A stretch of DNA of 64,000 bases from an uncultured Candidatus Peribacteria bacterium (GCA_964628805.1 CAZVOK010000001.1:44504-108503), one strand, 5' to 3'. Shown: positions 33,492-42,673, counted from the first letter of the stretch. Translations and numbers: made by a program. Notes: generated by a model not told the origin, from the letters alone.

Positions 33492-35695
33492 AAACTCTTC
33501 TCCACACGTACGGCCTTGGAAAAATTTCTCTAAAAGAGAAGAGGCTCTGCCATCTGGATTTGCCTACTTCTACGGAAGTGGCGAATAAGATTAAAGATGC
33601 AGGTGAGTACTTGAAGAGAAATATTCAGAGCTTCACAGAAGCTACGGGTGAGATAGTTGGTGCATCTGGAAAATTTTTAGTGGATCTTCCTTCTGGTCTT
33701 GCAAATGGTTTGGTTGAGGCTTGGAAGGAACAAGTGCCATCTATTTCTAAAGAGGATGTCTATAAATTCCTCTACAAGGCGTCTGAATTCTTTACGGGAA
33801 TTCCTTACTTGGGAGAGAAAGTGAATCAGTATTTTAAGGGAAAGGTGAATTTTGAAAAATTGAAGCACTTGGTAGAGCATGCCAACTGGATTGCTGTCTT
33901 TGAGCGTTATCAGGATGTCCTTACAGGACAGAGCGCTGATGATGTAAAGAAGCTTGCAGTGAAAGAAAGAGGTCTTGGAAATCACGGAATGTCTGAAGTT
34001 TTGGATTTCATGGCAACGCTGGATATACAAGACCGGCAGAGGATTTTCGCAGAGTATGTAGGCAAATACATTCCTGAAAATCTTCAGAGTCTTCCACAGG
34101 GGATTGCCCAAGATAAAAATGCAGATTTGAAGCAGAAGTTTGATGCTATCAATACTGCTGGAAAAGTAGGTACCTTCACGAAGGCAATGGGTGGAATGCT
34201 TGGTGTTACCAACAAAGATGAGCTGACAAAAGATCCAGAAGCTCTGAAGATTGCAAAGAGAGCTTTGGAAGGCCGCTATGGACTTGGCGGACCGAATCCT
34301 ACCATTACGAATGGTCTTCTGAATGATTACAAGGGCACGCTCCGTTTCCATCAGTTAGCGGGACTCAAGGCAGTGCGCACGTCTCCTGATGAATTAAAAA
34401 AACAGGCTCCAGATTCTCTTTTCAAAGGAGCGTTGGAACTTGGTGTTATTGATGCTTCGGACTTGCAGGTGCTCAGCAAAGACTTGGCTGATCTGGAAGA
34501 CTTGAAGCAGAAAGCCATTGGCGATGCGCGTAAAAAAGTAAATGTAGTACGTGGCGATATGGATAAGGAATTGCAGAAAGAAGCAAGCACATACATTGAT
34601 GTGTGGAACAACATGGGTGGCGCTGAAAAACTGATTTTGATGGCTGGAGGAATTTATGCAGCGTACAAGTACAAGACTGCAGCCATGCTTGTGGCGCTTG
34701 CTTACTTTGGAAGGAAGTTTCTTTCTAAAGATGATGATCCACTGCACACAGCTTCTGTATGGATGCAGAACGGTGTGAAAAAAGGACAAAATGCATTCAA
34801 TAAACAGTTAGGAATTACAGTGGGAGATGAAGTGGCTACCATGAATTCGCAGGTGACTACCATGGCTGAATTTATTACCAAGCTGCACCCACGTGAGACC
34901 AAAGTGCTTACAGATCAAGCTGCAGTTCTTACCATGATGTACGAGATGCCGCTGAAAGTACTTTCTGCAGGATTCAACATGTGCGGAGGCTTTGGTGAGT
35001 GGTGCTTGGCTGCCCAGCCAGGAAGCGCATTTGATACGCAGATGAAAATAATTGCCGAAAGAAACGGAGTGAAAAATGGCTACAAGCAGCTCTTCTGCGG
35101 ACGCGGAACACAGGTGCAGCCGTGGTTGAATGAGACTATCAGTTTCCTCTTTTATAAGCGTGCAGCGAAAGATCCTGCAAACAAAGAAGATGTAGAAATT
35201 GTAGAAAATGCCATCGCGAAATTTCCTTCTGGTACTTCTCCACAACATGAGTTTGGAAAGCCGGAAAATCAGGAGGCCGCACAGGCGTACATGCGTTTGG
35301 TACGCAAGGGTCACAATGGTGCTGCTGGGGATAATCAGACGATTGGAAGTTTTATTGAAGATGAATTGGGTGCAGAAAATACAAATGTTTCAAAGGAAAA
35401 CAAGGAAAAAGAAAGAAAGCGCGAGATGATGCAAAAACTGCAGCTGAAAATAAAAGAAATGGAAAATAAGGATGAATACAGAAAATATGCCCTGGGAGAT
35501 TTCCATGCTCGCATCTCCGGAGATTTTGTGGAGTACGCAAGTAATTTTGCGGAAATAAGAATCATTGCGAAGAGTCCTGCAGAAAAGTTTTTGAAGAAAT
35601 CCAATAAAGAAATTTTTGAGGCATATAAAAAGTTCCATGATCAAACCATGGCGCTGGCGCCTGGTACGGAACTCGTTAATAAAGATCCTTTGTAA
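33488..35695 (+). CDS. Orphan protein E (735 aa) with a central hydrophobic hairpin
   Basis: The only hydrophobic stretch is KLILMAGGIYAAYKYKTAAMLVALAYFG. The C-terminus has a Lys/Glu-rich coiled coil. No motif. Confidence 0.7.
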   Translation: MKTLLHTYGLGKISLKEKRLCHLDLPTSTEVANKIKDAGEYLKRNIQSFTEATGEIVGASGKFLVDLPSGLANGLVEAWKEQVPSISKEDVYKFLYKASEFFTGIPYLGEKVNQYFKGKVNFEKLKHLVEHANWIAVFERYQDVLTGQSADDVKKLAVKERGLGNHGMSEVLDFMATLDIQDRQRIFAEYVGKYIPENLQSLPQGIAQDKNADLKQKFDAINTAGKVGTFTKAMGGMLGVTNKDELTKDPEALKIAKRALEGRYGLGGPNPTITNGLLNDYKGTLRFHQLAGLKAVRTSPDELKKQAPDSLFKGALELGVIDASDLQVLSKDLADLEDLKQKAIGDARKKVNVVRGDMDKELQKEASTYIDVWNNMGGAEKLILMAGGIYAAYKYKTAAMLVALAYFGRKFLSKDDDPLHTASVWMQNGVKKGQNAFNKQLGITVGDEVATMNSQVTTMAEFITKLHPRETKVLTDQAAVLTMMYEMPLKVLSAGFNMCGGFGEWCLAAQPGSAFDTQMKIIAERNGVKNGYKQLFCGRGTQVQPWLNETISFLFYKRAAKDPANKEDVEIVENAIAKFPSGTSPQHEFGKPENQEAAQAYMRLVRKGHNGAAGDNQTIGSFIEDELGAENTNVSKENKEKERKREMMQKLQLKIKEMENKDEYRKYALGDFHARISGDFVEYASNFAEIRIIAKSPAEKFLKKSNKEIFEAYKKFHDQTMALAPGTELVNKDPL

Positions 35696-35701
35696 CGCAA
35701 A

Positions 35702-35735
35702 GCGCGGAGTCCAGGGACTCCGCGCGGGGGTTTTG
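35702..35735. terminator. Terminator hairpin between convergent genes
   Basis: gcgcggagtc cagg gactccgcgc is followed by gggggttttg on the plus strand, and is preceded by an A/T stretch that serves the minus strand. Confidence 0.6.
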
Positions 35736-35742
35736 ACTGTAG

Positions 35743-36672
35743 CTACTTGATGCGCTTAAAGAACAGGGGTGCCGCCTGCAGGCCGTTGGCCGGCCCCGGC
35801 GATCCCGTGACGGGGTTGAGCTTGGGCAGCGGCTTCTTGCCGATGGTCTTCTGGATGAGCAGGGACGTCCAGTTCTTCGCCCACTCCTTCGTCTCTTCCT
35901 CAGGCCAGTTGTAAGGCAACCGGACGCCAATGTCGTTGTAGGGCTCCGTCTTGCCCTTGTCTGTCAGTTCGCCGTCGAAGTCCACGATCACGGCGGTAAT
36001 GCCTTTGTCGTTCTCGCAGAAGTAGGTGACAGCCTTCACTTTCTTGACCGTCAGGGTACCGGGCGCACCGGTCTTGGTGTAGCGGGTTTCCACCTCGTTT
36101 TTCCACACGTCCTTCGTTGCCTGGTCTAGCAGGCTTTCTTCCACCAGCAAGTTGAAGTACGGGTCGTCCCCGGCCGACAACGAGTTGGTCTGCTCCACGG
36201 CGTTGTGGTGTTGAACGGCGTGGACGAGCTTGGTCAGCGGGGACTCCAGTTGTTGGAACCGGGGCAGGAGGAAGAACCCGAACGTCACCACCATCGCCCC
36301 TGCCATCAGGAAGCTTAGGCACCGCTTGTACTGGTGACCGCCAGCCGCATGAGTGACGCCGTGGTTGTTCAGTGTCCAGCCGTTCACCCAGGCGGCAACT
36401 GCAGCCGTCAGCAGCAGTCCGCCGAAGACCCAGACCACGATGCAGGAAGCCGCGTGGGCCACGGTCAATGCCCAGGACAGCCACCGCCAGAAGGGCTTGT
36501 CGGGAATGTCCGAGGGCATGAGGACCGGGGCCAGCTCACAGATCAGGGCCCAGGAGCAGGCGAAGTACGCCAGCGACCAGAAGGCCGTGGTCAGCTGCAT
36601 CCGGGTTACCCCCACCCACGCGAACACGAACCCCGCCACGATCGCCAGCACCGTCAGGATGAGCATCGTCAT
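35743..36672 (-). CDS. High-GC membrane protein (four N-terminal TM segments plus a soluble C-terminal domain), compositionally foreign
   Basis: 309-aa ORF with strongly GC3-biased codons. Several spurious overlapping ORFs on both strands are typical of high-GC DNA. GAGGTG lies 7 nt upstream of the ATG. Confidence 0.7.
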   Translation of the reverse strand: MTMLILTVLAIVAGFVFAWVGVTRMQLTTAFWSLAYFACSWALICELAPVLMPSDIPDKPFWRWLSWALTVAHAASCIVVWVFGGLLLTAAVAAWVNGWTLNNHGVTHAAGGHQYKRCLSFLMAGAMVVTFGFFLLPRFQQLESPLTKLVHAVQHHNAVEQTNSLSAGDDPYFNLLVEESLLDQATKDVWKNEVETRYTKTGAPGTLTVKKVKAVTYFCENDKGITAVIVDFDGELTDKGKTEPYNDIGVRLPYNWPEEETKEWAKNWTSLLIQKTIGKKPLPKLNPVTGSPGPANGLQAAPLFFKRIK

Positions 36673-36718
36673 CGGAGCACCTCGTAAAAGTAGCCGGTAG
36701 GGTCAAGGAACCTTGTTA

Positions 36719-36746
36719 AATATACAATAAAACGTCAATAAGTCAA
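36719..36746 (-). promoter_or_regulatory. Sigma70-like promoter, TTGACT-16 nt-TATATT (minus strand), for the 35743..36672 gene
   Basis: The reverse complement reads ttgact tattgacgttttattg tatatt, about 45 nt upstream of the ATG. Confidence 0.4.
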
Positions 36747-36833
36747 TATAAACCCATAATCACCAATCTCGTCAAACATGGCTAAAAACCCCATTTTCCG
36801 CTATAATATCTAGAAATCTTCACAAAAACCCAC

Positions 36834-37190
36834 ATGCCAAAAACATCTACAAAAAAGGCAGGTACCAAGGTGAAACATGCTGAAGCAGACCCTATGCAGG
36901 ATGTCTACAACACCTTGATGTTTCAGATAGAACCGGAACTGACTAGCTGGGTACTGCCAGTGCTGAATACTTTGTATGAAACAGAAACAGAGGAGGAAAA
37001 AGAAGAGCGTCGGGGGCGTTACGAGCGTGCGTTTGAAATGTATAACCAGCGTTTTGAAGAGCTCATGAACCTGTGGAAGAGCGAGCTTCATGCATTCAAG
37101 AAAAATGCAGTGAGTGAGTACAAAGTGCAAGAAGCTTCCCGTGAGGAAAAAATTCTCCAGAGTCTGGATCAATCCCTTTCATCTTTCTAA
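36834..37190 (+). CDS. Orphan protein F (118 aa), basic N-terminus and acidic helical body
   Basis: A 2-nt gap separates it from the next gene. A TATAAT box at 36802-36807 lies upstream. No motif. Confidence 0.6.
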   Translation: MPKTSTKKAGTKVKHAEADPMQDVYNTLMFQIEPELTSWVLPVLNTLYETETEEEKEERRGRYERAFEMYNQRFEELMNLWKSELHAFKKNAVSEYKVQEASREEKILQSLDQSLSSF

Positions 37191-37192
37191 GT

Positions 37193-39892
37193 ATGTGTAC
37201 TTTTTCTTCCTCACAGGCACGTGCCTTCTCTGGAAAAGAACAGAGGCTGGTGTTCTTTAAAGCGCCTGATGCACAGCCTTCGCCTGAAGCACAGCAGCTG
37301 AAAAATGCGTTGGACAAAATCCAAAAAGTCAATTCGCCGAAAGCAGAAGAGCTGAAAAAACTTACAGAGGAAATTATTACGTTGGATAATTCAAAATTTG
37401 AAGTTGAAGCAGCAATATTTATGAATGAACTGAGAAAATCATTGCCGGCAGAAGATAAACTTATGGCGCTGCCAGACAGATTGACTAATAAAAAACATTT
37501 ATTGGATCTGATTAAAGTAATGGCAGCTTCTCCAGTTTCCATGCCTGGAACAAGCCCTGAACAGAAACCTTTGAATCCAAATACAGCTCCTGCCGCTCCA
37601 AAGAATGCAGCGGATGTGTTGGATAAAAAAATGCGAGATCAGATGCAGAAGGATAAGCCAACCGAAGGTGATGACATGTCTAAGACAGTGAAAGATTTTT
37701 TGGCCGAAACGGATCCACGTGTGGAGGCACAGACTGCACTACTTCAGAAGCTCAATGCAAAATATACTGTGCCAATGACCTTGGATCGTCAGGGCTTGAG
37801 GGATCTTTTGAACGATGTGAAATGGATCAATAATCAGCAGAAGAGATCTTTGCAGACTCCTGCAAAAGCTCCAGAAGCTGTGCGCGAAGGTCCAAATATT
37901 CTCCAGATTGGAAAAACCTACAGACGCGAATGGGAGAAAGTCCGCAGTATCATTGGTGGAAACGGAGCTTTAAATAGGCCCAATGGACGCATTACCGCAG
38001 CTCTTCGTCCGGTGCTTGCACAGCTTATGTGTTTGCAGAATATGATTAAGAATCACGTGCAGAATGTTCCAGGATATCCACAGACAGCCACCTGGAAAAT
38101 GCCGGATATAGAAGAGCTCATGCACAAAAATAACTTGGGCAAGTATTCGCTCATCTGGAGTTCTGCTGCGAATGAGATTCAGAACTTCCGTGAAGTGAAG
38201 AAAGGTGAAGTAGTGGTGAATGATTTTGATAAGCAGACAAAGCAGTGGACGCGTTACACGGCCGAGCAAGATGGACCTGCTGGTGCTGTAATGGCATCTA
38301 TGAAAGGAAATGTGGAGTCCCCAATGTTTGTAGGAACTAGAAAGGAATCCGAACAGTGGCGCCGCAAGCAGGAAAATCTTCCTCCGCTGGATGAACAGAA
38401 CTGGCAGTGGCAGAATGGCCAGGGACAGTATGGCCGCGAGCCACTGAATACGCTGCCGCCTACGTCTCGCAAGGGAAATACTGCGCAGCCGCTTCCATTT
38501 AATCCGAAGGACAGTGTGAATGCTCCCGTGCAACGCATGCCTAGCGCTATGCCAGCTGCGCCTTCCCGTCCTCGTGATGGAGGCATTCGTGGTGTTCGTT
38601 CTGCTGCACCTATGGATGAATCTTCATCTACTGGAAGTGTGGAGCTCAATGGTGCATCGATGGCTCCTGATTTCCAGAGAGAGCCTGATGCAAAAAATCT
38701 GGAAAGCAAGCAGCGCTCACTGGGACTTCGCATGGGCGAGCTCAAAAATCGTGCGTTCTTGAGAACGGTGTCCGGTCAGCCTGCTGTGTACTCGTTCAAT
38801 CATGATCCAAATAACTTCACGTCCCGCATTCTTCTCACGCTTCCTCCGGAGTACGGATCCCAAGTGATCGACTTTGATACCATCCGAGGGACTGTGACGG
38901 TATCTGGAAATACCGGTGCGAATGCATACGAACTTTTGGTGAATGCCGGAGTGGATATTTCCACTACAGAGATGGGCCGCGCCCAGGGCTCCGGCCGCGC
39001 ACTGCGTCCCACACAGGGGTACGATGTGGTGACGCTCCGCTTCACGCGTCCTGGCCGATTCAATTTCTCCACCCGCGGAGTGAATGACCGCATGCAGTAC
39101 AGTGGTCCTGTGGAAGTGGTGCAGGATGTGTATCAGGAGCAGAGAAAATTTGTGGAAGCGCAGTCGGTTGCCGTGGATAAATGGGCACCGCTGCAGTCCG
39201 GTCTGCCCGGCGTGCTCTACCGCTACAACTCCAGCGACCGTACGTTCTATGCCCAGACGAATGATCCTTCCACAGGTGCGAAAGTGTTCATGAAGATCAG
39301 TCCGGATTATTACTGGAGCAAGTGTCCGGAGCCGGATTTTTCCAATGTGGATAAGGCGAGGGAGACTGCTCACGTTTCACTCCTTACGAAGATCGATGCA
39401 GTATCTTTCGCAAAGCTCAGTCCTGACGTGCAGAAGAATCTTCAAGACGCTTTGAACGAAGCAAAAACGCTCAAGCCAGATAGCAATGGAGTGCTCCGCA
39501 CAAGCAATGGCCGTGAGTTCACGGTAGCTGATGGAAAACTCCTGACGCGCGGCAATCAGAAGGAAGGAACATATTCCGCCAAGTGGAGGAACGTGGCGAA
39601 TTTGGAGGAGGTGTATGTAGGAGAAGCGAATCCTGTGCGCAGCGGAACGGAGGCGATTGCGGCTGTAAATTTGAAAAAATCATCCTCACCGGAAACAACT
39701 GGTGAAATCCAACTTCAGTTGAAAACTGTGGAAACAGACATTAAATCGGCAGAGAAAGAAATTGAAGATCTAAAAAAGCAAATTGGTACTGATGGAGACA
39801 TCCGCGAGTTAATGCTCCAGATTGAAAAAGTGCAGGACAAAATCAAAAAGCTCCGCCAAAAGAAAGATGCGCTGATGGAAAAAGGCAAATAA
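37193..39892 (+). CDS. Orphan protein G (899 aa), soluble, C-terminal coiled coil
   Basis: Long uninterrupted ORF with no TM segment, no signal peptide and no motif recognised. Confidence 0.7.
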   Translation: MCTFSSSQARAFSGKEQRLVFFKAPDAQPSPEAQQLKNALDKIQKVNSPKAEELKKLTEEIITLDNSKFEVEAAIFMNELRKSLPAEDKLMALPDRLTNKKHLLDLIKVMAASPVSMPGTSPEQKPLNPNTAPAAPKNAADVLDKKMRDQMQKDKPTEGDDMSKTVKDFLAETDPRVEAQTALLQKLNAKYTVPMTLDRQGLRDLLNDVKWINNQQKRSLQTPAKAPEAVREGPNILQIGKTYRREWEKVRSIIGGNGALNRPNGRITAALRPVLAQLMCLQNMIKNHVQNVPGYPQTATWKMPDIEELMHKNNLGKYSLIWSSAANEIQNFREVKKGEVVVNDFDKQTKQWTRYTAEQDGPAGAVMASMKGNVESPMFVGTRKESEQWRRKQENLPPLDEQNWQWQNGQGQYGREPLNTLPPTSRKGNTAQPLPFNPKDSVNAPVQRMPSAMPAAPSRPRDGGIRGVRSAAPMDESSSTGSVELNGASMAPDFQREPDAKNLESKQRSLGLRMGELKNRAFLRTVSGQPAVYSFNHDPNNFTSRILLTLPPEYGSQVIDFDTIRGTVTVSGNTGANAYELLVNAGVDISTTEMGRAQGSGRALRPTQGYDVVTLRFTRPGRFNFSTRGVNDRMQYSGPVEVVQDVYQEQRKFVEAQSVAVDKWAPLQSGLPGVLYRYNSSDRTFYAQTNDPSTGAKVFMKISPDYYWSKCPEPDFSNVDKARETAHVSLLTKIDAVSFAKLSPDVQKNLQDALNEAKTLKPDSNGVLRTSNGREFTVADGKLLTRGNQKEGTYSAKWRNVANLEEVYVGEANPVRSGTEAIAAVNLKKSSSPETTGEIQLQLKTVETDIKSAEKEIEDLKKQIGTDGDIRELMLQIEKVQDKIKKLRQKKDALMEKGK

Positions 39893-39893
39893 A

Positions 39894-39945
39894 AATCCCC
39901 GCACCTTGGTGCGGGGATTGCCCGAGCCGTAGCTCGGTTGTTTGC
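39894..39945. terminator. Back-to-back terminator hairpins between convergent genes
   Basis: aatccccgcac cttg gtgcggggatt is preceded by aaaaa, giving a T-tract on the minus strand. ccgagc cgta gctcgg is followed by ttgtttg on the plus strand. Confidence 0.65.
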
Positions 39946-39963
39946 TGTGGTTCTAGTGCCCCT

Positions 39964-41220
39964 TTAGCGGACCTTGACCACCTCACGGACGTGCCAGGGG
40001 ATGAACCCCCGGCGGAACTTGTAGGTGTATTCCCCGTACGGCGCCCCGTAGACGGGGCTGATCTGGACGTAGCCGAACTGGTACGGCCCTACCGTCACCG
40101 GCGGGGTGGGCAACGGAGTGCCCACTTCCAGCTGGTAGTGGAGGTGGATGGTGTCACCCTTGGCCTCCAGGGCCTTGATCCGGTCCGCGTTCTTCTTCAT
40201 CCACTTCTCCAGGGACTCCTTCTCCTCCTTCTGCTGGCGGAGGATCTGTTCGGCGCTGGCCTTCAGGTCGGCCAGGGCGCGGTCGGCGTTGTCCAACCGG
40301 TTATTGAGTGTGCTGCTCAGGCCACGCAGCGTGTTGCCCACGCCGTCGACCTTGAGGGACACGTCGTCCACCTTGGTGTTAAGGTTGCTGAGCGTGCTGG
40401 CCTGCGCCTCCTGCTGGCTCCGGATGGCCTTCAGCTCCTGGTCATGGTTGTTTTGCTTGTCGCGGATCGCCTTCAGTTCCTGCAGCACCCGGTTGTTGCC
40501 GGTGGTCACGTCGCTGGTGGTGGCCACGCCCGTGAGGGCAGTAGTCACATCGGCCTTGGTAGGCAGGGCCGGCAGGTTGCGGGTGTTCACGTCTGTGTTC
40601 ACCAGCCGCTGCATGGCTTCCAGCTCCACCTTGGCCTTCTGGAGCTTGCCCGTGGCGATGGCCAGGGCCTCGTCCTTCTCCGGCTTCTTCGGCTTCATCT
40701 TGGCCAGGTCGGCCTCGGCCTGGGTCTTACTGGTCTGCACCTCGCCCTTCTTCTTGCTGATCTCGGCGATCTTGTTGGTGAGGGACTGCCAGGCGGCCTC
40801 TGCGGCCTTGTACTCGGCCTCGGCCTTGTCGTAGAGCTTCTGGGCCAGATCGATCATGTCCGCGTCCGGAGGGGTGGCCGCCTTCGTGGTGGCCAAGGTG
40901 GCCGCCTTCTTCTTCATCAGGTTGTCCGCGTCGGACTTCCTGATGGCGGCCTTGTTGAGCTCGTCGCCGACCGTCTGGAACTCGTTCTCCAGCCGCTTCT
41001 CCTCGGCGTTCAGTGTCTGGACCTTGCCGGTCAGCTGGCTGAGGTTCTGATTGAAGTGGTCCCACTTGGCCTTTTCGGCCTTGTAGTTCTCCACCTCCTG
41101 CTCGTACTTCTTCCTCAGGATCATCTCGCCGTCGCTCGGCACCGTCGACTGGGCACCCACCATGGGCGCCCCGATCAGCGTGGCCGCGAGGGCCATCAAC
41201 TTGAACCGGTTCATCTGCAC
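39964..41220 (-). CDS. High-GC secreted coiled-coil protein, compositionally foreign
   Basis: 418 aa. Signal peptide MQMNRFKLMALAATLIGAPMVGAQS, about 300 aa of coiled coil, and a compact C-terminal domain (GPYQFGYVQISPVYGAPYGEYTYKF). GAGGAG lies 6 nt upstream of the ATG. Confidence 0.7.
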   Translation of the reverse strand: MQMNRFKLMALAATLIGAPMVGAQSTVPSDGEMILRKKYEQEVENYKAEKAKWDHFNQNLSQLTGKVQTLNAEEKRLENEFQTVGDELNKAAIRKSDADNLMKKKAATLATTKAATPPDADMIDLAQKLYDKAEAEYKAAEAAWQSLTNKIAEISKKKGEVQTSKTQAEADLAKMKPKKPEKDEALAIATGKLQKAKVELEAMQRLVNTDVNTRNLPALPTKADVTTALTGVATTSDVTTGNNRVLQELKAIRDKQNNHDQELKAIRSQQEAQASTLSNLNTKVDDVSLKVDGVGNTLRGLSSTLNNRLDNADRALADLKASAEQILRQQKEEKESLEKWMKKNADRIKALEAKGDTIHLHYQLEVGTPLPTPPVTVGPYQFGYVQISPVYGAPYGEYTYKFRRGFIPWHVREVVKVR

Positions 41221-41569
41221 TCCTCGAGGAAAGGGTCTTACCGTGAGGGTTGTCTAGAATTCCCCACAGCCTCCTCCTTACAGTTTACTTTTATCTGAAT
41301 TGATAACGCCGCTGTGCGTGGCTTGAATACGAAATACTCTTGGGGGTTGTGACAGTAATTATCTGAATGAAGAAACGTTCAACGGTTTGTACTTCTCTGT
41401 ACGAATAAATATAAAGAGGAGGATGTGGGGAGCGGTGGTTTCAAAGGACAAGACACCTATTCTAAGTCTTTTACTGATTATGTCAAGTATCTTTAACACC
41501 TTTAAAACCCTGCTTGTGGCCAAAGATTTGATGCTCTAGGATGCCTGGGATCTCTTTCCTCCTTATTGT

Positions 41570-42673
41570 ATGGCTCGACTCATCTTGGCTGACGGTTCTG
41601 TGTGGGAAGGGGAGTCCTTTGGCGCAGAAACCGATGCAGACGGAGAAGTGGTGTTCAATACAGGCATGGTGGGATACCCCGAAAGCCTTACAGATCCTAG
41701 CTACCGGGGGCAGATTTTAGTGTTTACGTACCCGCTCATCGGTAACTACGGCGTGCCGAGTGCGGACCTGAATGAATGGGGATTTTCCAAGAATTTTGAG
41801 AGTGAAGAGATTCAGATCCGCGGACTCATCGTCGCCACAAATAGTGAAGACTTCAGTCATCAGGCGGCTGTGAGCTCGCTTGGAAATTGGATGAAGCACC
41901 ACAATATTCCAGGAATCACCGGCATCGATACCCGCGCCCTTACGAAACTCCTTCGCGAACATGGAGTGATGCTTGGAAGAATTTCTCAGGATGATTCAAA
42001 AGATGGAAAAGATTTAAAGGATTTAAAAGATCCGAATGAGAATAATTTGGTTGCGGAAGTGAGCTGCAAGGAAGTGAAAGTGTATGAGCCGGAAAATGCG
42101 GGGGCAGATACGCTCACGGTCATCGCGTATGACTGTGGGATGAAGAGAAATATTTTGCGGAGCTTGCTCAAGAGGGGATTGAAAGTAGTTCGAGTTCCTT
42201 GGGATTTTGATATCACGACGTACGAGGGAAAAATTGATGGAGTTTTCTGCAGCAATGGTCCTGGAGATCCAAAGGCATGTGTGCCCACTATCAACGCACT
42301 CAAGTGGGCGATGGAAAAAAATATTGTGACCTTTGGAATTTGTTTGGGAAATCAGTTGCTGGCACTCGCAGCAGGAGGCGATACGTACAAGCTTCCCTAT
42401 GGACACCGCGGGGCCAATCAGCCGTGCATAGAAGAGGGGACGGAGCGCTGCATCATCACCTCGCAAAATCACGGATTCGCCGTGGATGAAAAATTACCCA
42501 AGGATTGGAACGTGTGGTTCCGCAATGCAAACGACGGAACGGTGGAAGGAGTGAAGCACGAGAGCGGCCGCTTCTTCTCCGTACAGTTCCATCCGGAAGC
42601 GACACCGGGACCGGAAGATGCGAACTACCTTTTTGATGCGTTTGTGAGGACGATGAATGAGGCGAGGGTTTAA
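41570..42673 (+). CDS. carA: Carbamoyl-phosphate synthase small (glutaminase) subunit
   Basis: VFNTGMVGYPESLTDPSYRGQILVFTYPLIGNYGV, GATase motif GICLGNQLLALA, and HGFAV. No carB gene is adjacent. Confidence 0.9.
   Translation: MARLILADGSVWEGESFGAETDADGEVVFNTGMVGYPESLTDPSYRGQILVFTYPLIGNYGVPSADLNEWGFSKNFESEEIQIRGLIVATNSEDFSHQAAVSSLGNWMKHHNIPGITGIDTRALTKLLREHGVMLGRISQDDSKDGKDLKDLKDPNENNLVAEVSCKEVKVYEPENAGADTLTVIAYDCGMKRNILRSLLKRGLKVVRVPWDFDITTYEGKIDGVFCSNGPGDPKACVPTINALKWAMEKNIVTFGICLGNQLLALAAGGDTYKLPYGHRGANQPCIEEGTERCIITSQNHGFAVDEKLPKDWNVWFRNANDGTVEGVKHESGRFFSVQFHPEATPGPEDANYLFDAFVRTMNEARV

Noticed and set aside
39991-41298. 435-aa and 228-aa plus-strand ORFs, plus further ORFs overlapping the two high-GC genes (also 35900..36484, 36334..36700)
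   Set aside because: These are typical spurious ORFs of GC3-rich DNA, with Arg/Gly/Leu/Pro-rich nonsense translations. The minus-strand frames give coherent proteins with a signal peptide or TM helices, and have an RBS and terminators.
41423-41539. 38-aa ORF preceded by AGAGGAGG in the carA upstream region (possible leader peptide)
   Set aside because: The SD-like motif abuts the ATG with no spacer. Native genes here do not use SD motifs. The peptide has no Arg or pyrimidine-pathway-related codon enrichment, and no attenuator-like alternative hairpins were evident.
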